Shown here: one piece after another, positions 7,312 to 15,586 of the stretch
How the letters are laid out: each line of letters begins with the position of its first letter
Position numbering within the stretch: position 1 is the first letter of the stretch
Notes under the pieces: generated by a model
Told to the model about the DNA's origin: nothing
Seen by the model: only the letters and a program-made list of their open reading frames with translations
Database searches by the model: none
Sequence record: MN850587.1
Direction: 5' to 3' (one strand)
Length of the DNA stretch: 64,000 nt
From: Escherichia phage mistaenkt
Translations under genes and position numbers: made by a program

Positions 7312-8094
7312 TTAGTTCTTTGCAGCTAAGAACTTGATATTGGAAATGTCTACAATTGCTTCAGCATCTTTCTCATTTGCTGCAAGAATGTACACATCAG
7401 GTTCACTTCCAAATGTCACTGCACGTTGCATACTGCCTTTCAACGGTGGGGTAACTTGAGTGTTACTTAGAGACATTCTCTCAACCGGAGGGTTACTCCG
7501 ATGTACCTTGTTCTTACGATGCCTGAAGAGGGTAACTCCGTCTTCGTTGACAACGGCTACCCCTGCAAAGTATTGTGGTTCACTGTGATTACCCCATGTT
7601 GACAGAGTATTAAACATTGCCTCTTCAAATACGTAAAGGTAAACATCAACATCTGTCAAGATGTGATTCATGATTACCACAACAGCTTTCGGGTCAAGTC
7701 CACCAATACCTGCACCAATCATTGGGAGACCAACTTTCTTCAGTTGATTCACTTTGCAGTACTGGTTAAGGCTCAACAAAGCACTCTCAAGAGCATCGTA
7801 ACGGGCATCTTTACCAGTCTTCAACTGAGTATATAGGTTAGCAATACGGCCTTGTTTAAGACGTGCTACAGAGAGTTTACCAAGCAGTTTCTGGCAAGGT
7901 TTATGCCCTCTTCCTCCTGCTACACGGTAGACTTCAGCATCGGTTTCATAGGCTTTTGGGTAGCCTTTAGAAATCTTATCAGCAATACCTGCACCCATCA
8001 GGTTCATGCAGTTACAACCGTGACCGATGATATCAAACTTACCTTTTTCAAAGTCTGCGAAGATATCACCTTTGATGACTTTTACAATACCCAT
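7312..8094 (-). CDS. Macro-domain protein with uncharacterised C-terminal extension (260 aa)
   Basis: N-terminal GDIFADFEKGKFDIIGHGCNCMNLMGAGIA and later GLPMIGAGIGGLDP resemble macro-domain GDIT...NAAN...GGGV and FPAISTGIYG motifs; C-terminal about 100 aa unrecognised. Confidence 0.6.
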   Translation of the reverse strand: MGIVKVIKGDIFADFEKGKFDIIGHGCNCMNLMGAGIADKISKGYPKAYETDAEVYRVAGGRGHKPCQKLLGKLSVARLKQGRIANLYTQLKTGKDARYDALESALLSLNQYCKVNQLKKVGLPMIGAGIGGLDPKAVVVIMNHILTDVDVYLYVFEEAMFNTLSTWGNHSEPQYFAGVAVVNEDGVTLFRHRKNKVHRSNPPVERMSLSNTQVTPPLKGSMQRAVTFGSEPDVYILAANEKDAEAIVDISNIKFLAAKN

Positions 8095-8095
8095 C

Positions 8096-8314
8096 TTACC
8101 ATTTCTCCCATGATTCTTTATCTTTAGAAGGCTTCACACGCTGTCCTTCATGGTCTACCCAGATTCCACCACAACCTTCACAGAGTGTTGGCATAGCGTA
8201 ACCAGCTTTGAACTCTTCTTCAGAGATAAGACCTTTTAAGTCTCCTGTGTCACGTCCAAACAGTTTGATGGAACAGTCTTTGCAGAAATCAGCCATTTTC
8301 TTTACCTTTTTCAA
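8096..8314 (-). CDS. Small zinc-ribbon-like protein (72 aa)
   Basis: CKDC ... CEGC cysteine pairs. Confidence 0.55.
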   Translation of the reverse strand: MKKVKKMADFCKDCSIKLFGRDTGDLKGLISEEEFKAGYAMPTLCEGCGGIWVDHEGQRVKPSKDKESWEKW

Positions 8315-8615
8315 AGAGAACTTTCTCTGTCAACTCGTACAAGTCTACATGCTCTATGCCAGCAATGTCAATACCAAGTTTAGTATAACGCTCTTTGATA
8401 TCTTTCTCATTCATCCAGATAAGACACCAATGATTCCTGACAGACTCTTCGAGTTTATCTACACAATCATGAAATGTTGGTGTGTCACCTCTTGTACCAA
8501 CCATTGCCACAACACCATAAAGGAACTCACCGTTACCATGTGTGACTTGTGCTACACCAATATCTTTTTCACTATCTTGAATAACAGCTACAAAGGTTTT
8601 ACCATTCAATTCCAT
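8289..8615 (-). CDS. Hypothetical protein (108 aa)
   Basis: ORF in operon context. Confidence 0.55.
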   Translation of the reverse strand: MELNGKTFVAVIQDSEKDIGVAQVTHGNGEFLYGVVAMVGTRGDTPTFHDCVDKLEESVRNHWCLIWMNEKDIKERYTKLGIDIAGIEHVDLYELTEKVLFEKGKENG

Positions 8616-8772
8616 CAGAGACTACCTCTTCAATTTGTTGTAGAATTGCTTCTGAAGTTTCTTCCCACATCATCATACTGTCAATATCACCACAACAGCT
8701 TTCTCCAGCAACGTTGTAACGTGCTTGACCATATTCTTTGATGAGTTCAATCAACTTCTCTTTGCTTGACAT
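8599..8772 (-). CDS. Small acidic protein (57 aa), not in ORF track
   Basis: ATG at 8772, overlaps the start of the next gene; hand translation MSSKEKLIELIKEYGQARYNVAGESCCGDIDSMMMWEETSEAILQQIEEVVSDGIEW. Confidence 0.3.
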   Translation of the reverse strand: MSSKEKLIELIKEYGQARYNVAGESCCGDIDSMMMWEETSEAILQQIEEVVSDGIEW

Positions 8773-8773
8773 G

Positions 8774-9043
8774 CTACTTCCTCGTTTTGAGAACTGCCAT
8801 AATTTCTTTGGTATCTTCTAAGAACCATGTGTAGTGATTCTCTTTGATTTCTGGATGCGTGTCAATCTTTAATTTGCAATCTCTTCCAGTATCTTTAAGT
8901 TGAGTTGTAATACCCTTCATAAAGATATGACACATCACGTCATCCATAACCATTGGCATGAAGTCAATGCGCATGTAAGTATCTTTTGGTCTTGGAAGAA
9001 GTAAATAACCTTCTGTATAGAACAGTTCTGTCTCTTGACTCAT
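8774..9043 (-). CDS. Hypothetical protein (89 aa)
   Basis: ORF in operon context. Confidence 0.55.
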   Translation of the reverse strand: MSQETELFYTEGYLLLPRPKDTYMRIDFMPMVMDDVMCHIFMKGITTQLKDTGRDCKLKIDTHPEIKENHYTWFLEDTKEIMAVLKTRK

Positions 9044-9309
9044 TGCTGCTTATTCCCTAACAAAATCATATCAATCAAATTATTGGCTTTCATCGTACAC
9101 TGATAGTATCCATCACGATAAAATTCAAGGGCTTGTGACAGGTCTGTGCCTGTATTACCCTTGACAACATAGCGTGATTCTTCTTGAGTGTACTTATCAT
9201 TTTCACTTACTTGGGAGTTTTTGAACGTAGAGTTCACTTTGTTCATTGAACACCCTGACATAAGTATCAGTAGCACAAATGTTATAAAACTCTGGCTTAG
9301 TCTTTTCAT
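9040..9309 (-). CDS. Putative o-spanin (outer-membrane lipoprotein)
   Basis: Signal peptide with lipobox-like LILMSGC; short mature protein with one more Cys; overlaps the 3 prime end of the upstream TM protein gene in another frame. Confidence 0.45.
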   Translation of the reverse strand: MKRLSQSFITFVLLILMSGCSMNKVNSTFKNSQVSENDKYTQEESRYVVKGNTGTDLSQALEFYRDGYYQCTMKANNLIDMILLGNKQQ

Positions 9310-9550
9310 ATGTCAATACCTCTTTTGTGTGTTTGTTTTTAGCAAGCACATCTTTCAAATCATTTTTGTAACTGGAGCTAAGATTTGATAAACCTTCTTG
9401 GTAAGCATCCTTAGCAACACTGACAAGTTTCTGATTAGTTAACTCTGTTTGAGTGACTTGGTAATCCTTGTAAGAATAACCTCCCCAGACACCTACACCA
9501 ATCAGGAAAACAACTATGAAAGCGGCTTGACAGAACTCTTTAAATGTCAT
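9203..9550 (-). CDS. Putative i-spanin (N-terminal TM anchor, periplasmic helical domain)
   Basis: TM segment AAFIVVFLIGVGVWGGY then charged helical region; 107 bp overlap with the lipoprotein gene. Confidence 0.45.
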   Translation of the reverse strand: MTFKEFCQAAFIVVFLIGVGVWGGYSYKDYQVTQTELTNQKLVSVAKDAYQEGLSNLSSSYKNDLKDVLAKNKHTKEVLTYEKTKPEFYNICATDTYVRVFNEQSELYVQKLPSK

Positions 9551-9564
9551 TTGTCAATCTCCTA

Positions 9565-9590
9565 AAACGAAAAAGGCTCCCGAAGGAGCC
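9565..9590 (-). terminator. Rho-independent terminator with UUCG-type tetraloop
   Basis: GGCTCC-CGAA-GGAGCC; minus-strand RNA GGCUCC-UUCG-GGAGCC followed by UUUUUCGUUUU. Confidence 0.7.
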
Positions 9591-9602
9591 TGTATCATAA
9601 CC

Positions 9603-10067
9603 TTAACCGAGGACTTTAGCAAGGACATTCGCAGCCATCGTTGAAGCTTTTGCAGCAGCAGCTACGCCAGCCTTGATAGTGCTATCCTTAATGGCAGATA
9701 CCGTTGCAGCATCAGTAAAGAGATACGTGGTAGTTTGCGAACCACTTGTAAAGGAAAGCATAAGAGCAGTTTCCAGATTGAAAGAACGGTACGGAGCACC
9801 GGACTGTACAATTCCTTTAGCACCTAACTCCGAAGCCATACCCATATCATAGATGGTCATCAGGTTTTCTTTATGTGCTGTAGTAGAACCGACACCTTTA
9901 ACGTGTTTTGAAACGTTCAGCAAAGCACGATATTCACGGATATCACCATCCGCTTTTACGTTGACAGCACGAAAGATTTTGCCATCAAAGTTGCTTTTAA
10001 TGATATCACGAACAACCTGTGATTTGTTTGCTGATGCGTCGATAGCTACTGTAATAATGTTTTGCAT
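9603..10067 (-). CDS. Hypothetical protein (154 aa), Ala/Ser/Thr-rich
   Basis: ORF followed by a strong terminator. Confidence 0.6.
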   Translation of the reverse strand: MQNIITVAIDASANKSQVVRDIIKSNFDGKIFRAVNVKADGDIREYRALLNVSKHVKGVGSTTAHKENLMTIYDMGMASELGAKGIVQSGAPYRSFNLETALMLSFTSGSQTTTYLFTDAATVSAIKDSTIKAGVAAAAKASTMAANVLAKVLG

Positions 10068-10079
10068 GATTTCTCTCTC

Positions 10080-10775
10080 TTAGTGTTTGATAAGCATTGT
10101 TTTAATGTCTGGAAGGATTCGTTTAACCTTCTCAACATTCCTTACTGTATCTTCTATAAAGCATACTACATCATAGTACGGAAGAATGCAAGACTGAATC
10201 ATACGAACTTTCAAACTTTCTGCACTGATTCTGTTTGAACCAAAACCACGCATAAAAAGCATGTAGTCAGTCACAATATGCTTGTCAATAAATAAATGAG
10301 TTGGTACACGTTGAGACTCGCCACGAGCAGTTAAAACACCGATTGCAGCACTCTGATGAATGCCTGAAATGATGTTGAAGATATACGTAGGTTGAGCATC
10401 AACTGAGTCAATCAAGTTTGTATATTGTGACAGAGTACCATCTTCTAGATACGTTGAATTTGTCGGCTTATCAAACTTAGTGAGGACACCATCAATATCT
10501 GTTAAAACCATTGGCTTTTTCATATCAAGGTCTTTTGCAACCAAGATTAAACTATCACGTTTCACTGACACTGTTTTACCTGATTGAAGGTCTGTGCATA
10601 ACACTCTTTCAGCCGTGGAATGGAAGTTCTTAAAATCACACTCAACAGCCCTTGCAGTATCTGCAAAGTCTTCTTTCATAAGGTCTGTCCAACTTGCTGC
10701 ACTTAAATCAATATCCAAAGGATTGATATCGTAAGCGTGACAAAATACCTTGTCCAATTGTTTTAATTCGCTCAT
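10080..10775 (-). CDS. Putative HAD-superfamily phosphatase or nucleotidase (start uncertain)
   Basis: Internal MVLTDIDGVL resembles HAD motif I (DxDG); track start 10817 overlaps the upstream gene; ATG at 10775 has an AAGG SD; later Mets at 10679 and 10520 are possible. Confidence 0.45.
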   Translation of the reverse strand: MSELKQLDKVFCHAYDINPLDIDLSAASWTDLMKEDFADTARAVECDFKNFHSTAERVLCTDLQSGKTVSVKRDSLILVAKDLDMKKPMVLTDIDGVLTKFDKPTNSTYLEDGTLSQYTNLIDSVDAQPTYIFNIISGIHQSAAIGVLTARGESQRVPTHLFIDKHIVTDYMLFMRGFGSNRISAESLKVRMIQSCILPYYDVVCFIEDTVRNVEKVKRILPDIKTMLIKH

Positions 10776-11301
10776 GTTTAACCTTTTTAATGTTTGTTGC
10801 AAACTCACATTGAGCAAGCACCTTCATGTTATTGTACACATCTTGAGAGTATTGTCTAGCTTTTGGGATGCGATATGAGTAACCTGCATTGTATGAAGCT
10901 AAGACACGCTGTAAAGAATATTTCCCATTAGGATTACCATGAACCTTAGTCCAGAACTGAAGCTCTTTGTGTGTTTCCTTTGCAGCATAATCGAAGTCTC
11001 TGATAAGTTTCTTCTTAGCTACGTTTGGGTTAACTTTGTTACGCTTTACAACAGTCTTCAAGTGATTCTGGAACAATCCATAATCGTGAGTCTTTTTATT
11101 TTCAAGACGAAGACCTAACTCTGACTCTTGTAAGGCTATAGCGGCTAAGGTTAAACCCCAACCTTTACCCATCTCTTTCTCACCGTAGTGATAAGCTTTA
11201 AGCATGTTTGTTTTCTGACTGATGGATAATTCTGGACAGTCTGAAGCAACTGCCAAATGTGCTGTTAAGAATAAGCACAAACCTAAAATGAACTTCTTCA
11301 T
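10708..11301 (-). CDS. Lytic transglycosylase (SLT domain) with N-terminal signal peptide; candidate secreted endolysin
   Basis: Signal-like MKKFILGLCLFLTAHLAVAS; catalytic-region motifs ALQESELG and DYGLFQ typical of family 1 lytic transglycosylases. Confidence 0.7.
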   Translation of the reverse strand: MKKFILGLCLFLTAHLAVASDCPELSISQKTNMLKAYHYGEKEMGKGWGLTLAAIALQESELGLRLENKKTHDYGLFQNHLKTVVKRNKVNPNVAKKKLIRDFDYAAKETHKELQFWTKVHGNPNGKYSLQRVLASYNAGYSYRIPKARQYSQDVYNNMKVLAQCEFATNIKKVKHERIKTIGQGILSRLRYQSFGY

Positions 11302-11360
11302 TGGTTCTCCTGTTTAGTTCAACATGCAAGCAATTATACACTACTCTGCACAAAACACAA

Positions 11361-11385
11361 ATAAAAAAGGCTGCCGAAGCAGCCC
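11361..11385 (-). terminator. Rho-independent terminator with UUCG-type tetraloop
   Basis: GGCTGC-CGAA-GCAGCC; on minus strand followed by TTTTTTAT. Confidence 0.7.
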
Positions 11386-11401
11386 TTTAAGAATTTACTT
11401 A

Positions 11402-12529
11402 TCAGATTTCACGTTTACGCTGAGAAATCAGTTCACCAGCAGTACCTACAACAACATGCAGTGCTTCAGATTTGCCATCCCACTCTTTGACAACCTGACG
11501 CTGACCATTTACAATTGCTGCAACCTCATAACGTGAAGCTCGCATTTTCATGTCTTGATAATCAGTTGGTACAGATACAACGTCTCGTGGATGTACACGA
11601 ACTTTCAGGATGGTATCACCAGAGAAGCTACGTACATAATCCCAAGCACCAACATGAAGACCTTGAGAGCAAGTTACTGTACGGTCATTATCAACCATCC
11701 ATCGTGGCATTTCTACAACGTTACCCAAATCATTAGGAACTTTGCATGTACGAGAGTCAAACAGCTTACCGCCACGAGTTGTAACTTTCTTCCAACCAAT
11801 GATATAACCTTCTTCATCAATCTCAACATCAAGGTGAGATACAAAGCCCCAAAGTTGTTCTACAGAATCTTTGGATGGGTTTTCCATAAGTTTTTCGAAG
11901 AATGCTACCAGACGTTTAAATCCGTCATCACCAACTTTCATCATGTCCAGAATACGGTCTACCAGAGTTGAACGCATTTGTACAGCACCGTAGTACAGGT
12001 TATCGCCTTTGATAGTGATTGCACCCTGAGTGAAGTTTTCGATAGATTTGCGGATATTCATCAGTTCGAAAGCTTTCTTATACTCGCCACCTACAACAGC
12101 CATCACAATCTCTTTGTAGTTCGGATGGGTAGACTCAACGATTTCAGAATCTGCACCGAAAGTCATGATAACAGAATCACCAGTAATCATGTACTCAATC
12201 TGGTTACCATTCTGCATTGCTTCATGCAGTTGGTTAACAGGTTCTTTCTTCACTGCCTCTTTAACAGCTTTGGCAACTTTGGCAACTTTGGCAACTGGTT
12301 TAGTAGCCGTCTTCTTAGCAGACTTTGCAATCTGTTTCAGAGTCTGTTTAGCTGGCTTGGAAGTTGCTTTCTTAGCACCTCTCAGTGTTGCTTCGTGACG
12401 TTCTACAGCACGACCAACGGAACGTGTAGAAGTATTATACTTCATTGCAATGGCAGTTTTGGTCAGTTTACCTTCCTGAACCATTGCATAAATTTCTGCG
12501 TCGATTTGTGCTTTAGTTTTAGTAGTCAT
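11402..12529 (-). CDS. Putative rIIB-like protein with N-terminal HTH-like segment and Lys/Ala-rich tract (375 aa)
   Basis: Immediately downstream of rIIA, as in T4-type rII loci; KKATSKPAKQTLKQIAKSAKKTATKPVAKVAKVAKAVKEAVKK tract; rIIB identity is by position and recollection, not verified. Confidence 0.45.
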   Translation of the reverse strand: MTTKTKAQIDAEIYAMVQEGKLTKTAIAMKYNTSTRSVGRAVERHEATLRGAKKATSKPAKQTLKQIAKSAKKTATKPVAKVAKVAKAVKEAVKKEPVNQLHEAMQNGNQIEYMITGDSVIMTFGADSEIVESTHPNYKEIVMAVVGGEYKKAFELMNIRKSIENFTQGAITIKGDNLYYGAVQMRSTLVDRILDMMKVGDDGFKRLVAFFEKLMENPSKDSVEQLWGFVSHLDVEIDEEGYIIGWKKVTTRGGKLFDSRTCKVPNDLGNVVEMPRWMVDNDRTVTCSQGLHVGAWDYVRSFSGDTILKVRVHPRDVVSVPTDYQDMKMRASRYEVAAIVNGQRQVVKEWDGKSEALHVVVGTAGELISQRKREI

Positions 12530-12608
12530 CTTATTACTCTCTCTTGTTAGTTAAAATTACTTAGTGGCTCGTATTCTAAGGGGCTTTTCAGCCCCTGTCA
12601 AACTATTT

Positions 12609-14975
12609 TTAATCAAAAGCCTGAGTTCCTTCAGGGATGCACTTAACATCAAACCCTAAGAACTGACCAACTTCAACAGGACTTACTTTATTCCAGTCTA
12701 AGTTAGAAAGCAAGAAGTTTTCTGCTTTACGTGCTTTGAAGTATACGGTCAATTTCTGCTTAATACGTTCTCTTGCGTTGTATATTGCAGAATGTACCTT
12801 ACTCTTCGCTCTTGTCAAACGCTGTAAGTCATGCAGAACGCTTGTAACGTCTTTATAAGCAATCGGTGAAGCAACATAAGCCAGCTTACCAAACATTGCT
12901 TCTACGGCCTCTTCGTTCCCTTCCAAGAAGATACGTTTGCTGTAATCAGCACTATATACATAGCCTCTTGAGCACTTCTTATCACCAAACTGGAACGTTC
13001 TGGCAATAACACCTTTATCAGTGATATCGCAGTTTGAGCTACACCACTCACGAGTTACAAAGCGGTTAAACTCAATCCAGTGAATGTCAGTGATAGAGTC
13101 TTTGAAGACTTGCTGATTCACTTCTAACCAGTCTTCAGGAATTTTCTTCCAGTTTGCTTTACGGAACACATAAACTGGCTGTCCAGTTAAACGTGCCATA
13201 ACCTTTGCAGCACCTTCTGGTGAGCAATTAAAGATTCCACCCAAAACATCATCACCCTGTGCTTTGATATAATACTGAGGTTCTTCAATATCATCAAAGT
13301 TTTCTTTGACTTCTGTATAAGATACACCGTGTTCATGTACAGAAGCTTTGTAGAGTTTTACAACACCACGAGTTACGGTACGCTTCACATAGTGATGCTC
13401 TTTGTCAGACATTTTAACAATCGTCAACAGACTCTTATCAATCATGTGGAGATTAATAAACTGGTCTAACTCTTGTTCATCATAGAACACATAAACAATA
13501 CCGTTGTAGCGACGGAAGTTCGGTTCTTCATTTTCACGGTCACGACAAGCGCCACGAATAATCTGATTGCGTCCTACAGTCTTTTCAGTACCATTTTTGT
13601 TTCGACGGTCATTGATAAGGAACAAATAGTTAGACATTTTGTTCTTACTCATTGCACCGAAGATACTGAAGTTCGCACCTTCCTGAGTGTACATCGCTGA
13701 AGTTGCACGAATCTTATTTTCCAGTTGACTATACTTGAAGTAAGCAACAGGCTCATACAGATTCCCAATAACAGGAATGTGATTACCACTCTTATCAACA
13801 ACCAAAGCTCCTGAATCATCAGTTGCAAACTTTGGAGTGCCATCTTCATTACTCAACTGTCCTTGACGAATCTTTAAAAGTCTCTGTTCAAGGTCTGCTA
13901 AGTTCTGACCATTCCATTCAAGACGTGTAAACACATGCTGGAAGATTTCACGAGAGTTAGCTCGCAAGTCTGCATAAGCCTGTGCAGCGTCTGCCAAGGT
14001 TGGCTCGTTGTCAATACGTTTTACCACATCTTCTACAATCGTTGCAGTAATCTTTTTAACTGCATCTGTAATTGCTTTCTTAGTGGTCTCATTCATCTGC
14101 AATGCTTCACGAGATGCAGCGATAGCCACTGAACCGATTGGCATGTAGATGTTAACAAGGTCTACAGCATTACGGAAGAAGGTAGGCAGTACGTTGGTGA
14201 ACTCTGCACCAAGTAAATCTCCTAAGTCAACCGGATAAGCAATGTTACCCATGACAACGTTGAAGTTTGTCTGGTTATTACTTGAACGCCAGTTCTCTTT
14301 ATACTTCATTGCATCGTAAACACCATCTTCACGAACAATGGTTGTCATCTCACTGAGAATGTCACGATATTCAACGTTGCATTCTGGCTTCAGTTTGAAG
14401 TAAGAGAATACGTTACTCGCTTCTTCATGGAACTTCTGAATACGGTGGCCAGCCACTGCAACACGAACTGCTAAACCATTTGGTTCGGTAGTTGGGTTAG
14501 TAGTCAGTTTAGTAACTTGAGGAATACCATTCTCAAGATATACAGAGTACTTGTTAACCACTCCATCTACGTAGCTGGACACGGTGAATGACTGTGCAAT
14601 TGCAAAAGGTGACTTCGAACCGATACCCATAGCGCCGATGTAGTCGTTTGAGTCATTCTTAGTAGAAGCTCCATAGTTCAGGTACAGAGACATAACCTTC
14701 TCATGAGTCAGGCCAGTACCGAAGTCACGAACTTCAAAGTACGGGTCAAAACGAGTTGGCAGGTGTACACGAAATGGTACATTCTCTTTTCCAGCTTCTT
14801 TGTGAGTATCTACAGCATTACAAGACAACTCACGAATTACAGCACGTTCTTTAAAAGTGTAGACACCTGAACTTAACAGGCTGAACATTTCAGGAGTCAT
14901 CGTGATAGATGCCTGAGAAGTTTCTAATGAAGATGAACTCTTAATCACCTCTGCGTGGTCATTTACCATGCGCAT
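12609..14975 (-). CDS. rIIA: rIIA-like protein with GHKL-type ATPase domain (788 aa)
   Basis: Bergerat-fold motifs IRELSCNAVDT (N box), EVRDFGTGL (DxGxG), GAMGIGSKS (GxxGxG); size and position fit phage rIIA. Confidence 0.75.
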   Translation of the reverse strand: MRMVNDHAEVIKSSSSLETSQASITMTPEMFSLLSSGVYTFKERAVIRELSCNAVDTHKEAGKENVPFRVHLPTRFDPYFEVRDFGTGLTHEKVMSLYLNYGASTKNDSNDYIGAMGIGSKSPFAIAQSFTVSSYVDGVVNKYSVYLENGIPQVTKLTTNPTTEPNGLAVRVAVAGHRIQKFHEEASNVFSYFKLKPECNVEYRDILSEMTTIVREDGVYDAMKYKENWRSSNNQTNFNVVMGNIAYPVDLGDLLGAEFTNVLPTFFRNAVDLVNIYMPIGSVAIAASREALQMNETTKKAITDAVKKITATIVEDVVKRIDNEPTLADAAQAYADLRANSREIFQHVFTRLEWNGQNLADLEQRLLKIRQGQLSNEDGTPKFATDDSGALVVDKSGNHIPVIGNLYEPVAYFKYSQLENKIRATSAMYTQEGANFSIFGAMSKNKMSNYLFLINDRRNKNGTEKTVGRNQIIRGACRDRENEEPNFRRYNGIVYVFYDEQELDQFINLHMIDKSLLTIVKMSDKEHHYVKRTVTRGVVKLYKASVHEHGVSYTEVKENFDDIEEPQYYIKAQGDDVLGGIFNCSPEGAAKVMARLTGQPVYVFRKANWKKIPEDWLEVNQQVFKDSITDIHWIEFNRFVTREWCSSNCDITDKGVIARTFQFGDKKCSRGYVYSADYSKRIFLEGNEEAVEAMFGKLAYVASPIAYKDVTSVLHDLQRLTRAKSKVHSAIYNARERIKQKLTVYFKARKAENFLLSNLDWNKVSPVEVGQFLGFDVKCIPEGTQAFD

Positions 14976-15033
14976 AATAACTTTCCTCTTGGGTTGTTTG
15001 ATGCAGAGACTTTAAAGAACTCTGCACCGATTG

Positions 15034-15216
15034 TCAACTGTTTCCGTTATGTTTCTTTCCAGTTCCACCACAATAAGGGCAGCAACCATAACTTACCAGA
15101 CCTGTACCATCACAATCTTCACACTCTTCTGCACCGAAATAGTGTTTAGCCAGAAGGTATCCGATTACAATCAGACCACCAAATGACAGGATTAACTCTA
15201 ACCAATAACCTTGCAT
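15034..15216 (-). CDS. Small membrane protein with DnaJ-type zinc finger (60 aa)
   Basis: TM segment LELILSFGGLIVIGYLL followed by two CxxCxGxG repeats (CEDCDGTG, CPYCGGTG). Confidence 0.5.
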   Translation of the reverse strand: MQGYWLELILSFGGLIVIGYLLAKHYFGAEECEDCDGTGLVSYGCCPYCGGTGKKHNGNS

Positions 15217-15533
15217 AACTTCTCTCCAACATGTTTGTACAGAATGAAACTACGGTCATGAACAATACTTGAGGCAACTGCAAAGTTCTCTTCCAGTATT
15301 GCTTTGTTCGGATTATAGAATCCGTCTAAGAATTGGTCAAGTGCTAATTGGTGGTTTTGTGGAAGACCTTTCACATAAATCTTCATAGAAAGTGTGGCAA
15401 CCACTTCACCTTGTAGTTCATCTCGTGCTGCTACCAAGATTTGGTTAATGAACTTGTGACCATCTTCAGGACGTTTAATATCATCCCAATTCTCTTCCAA
15501 GACCATGTTGATATTCATCTGTTTGATTTTCAT
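15198..15533 (-). CDS. Hypothetical protein (111 aa)
   Basis: ORF directly downstream of the Nampt-like gene. Confidence 0.6.
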   Translation of the reverse strand: MKIKQMNINMVLEENWDDIKRPEDGHKFINQILVAARDELQGEVVATLSMKIYVKGLPQNHQLALDQFLDGFYNPNKAILEENFAVASSIVHDRSFILYKHVGEKLCKVIG

Positions 15534-15550
15534 AACATTCTCCAGAAATT

Positions 15551-15571
15551 AAAAAGGCTCCCGTAGGAGCC
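15551..15571 (-). terminator. Rho-independent terminator
   Basis: GGCTCC-CGTA-GGAGCC followed on the minus strand by TTTTTAATTT; downstream of the Nampt-like gene. Confidence 0.7.
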
Positions 15572-15586
15572 TCTTATAATACTTAT

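Noticed and set aside
10776-10817. Track start of the HAD-like ORF at 10817, giving a 110 nt overlap with the transglycosylase gene
   Set aside because: The overlap is implausibly long; start moved to the ATG at 10775, which has an SD, and the true start may be further downstream (10679 or 10520).
11978-12550. 190 aa plus-strand ORF, and similar long plus-strand ORFs at 8208-8741, 17593-18138, 21358-21834, 28925-29410
   Set aside because: All are antisense to minus-strand genes with recognisable domains or consistent operon structure, are Cys/Phe/Leu-rich in the way antisense frames of AT-rich genes are, and lack an RBS.
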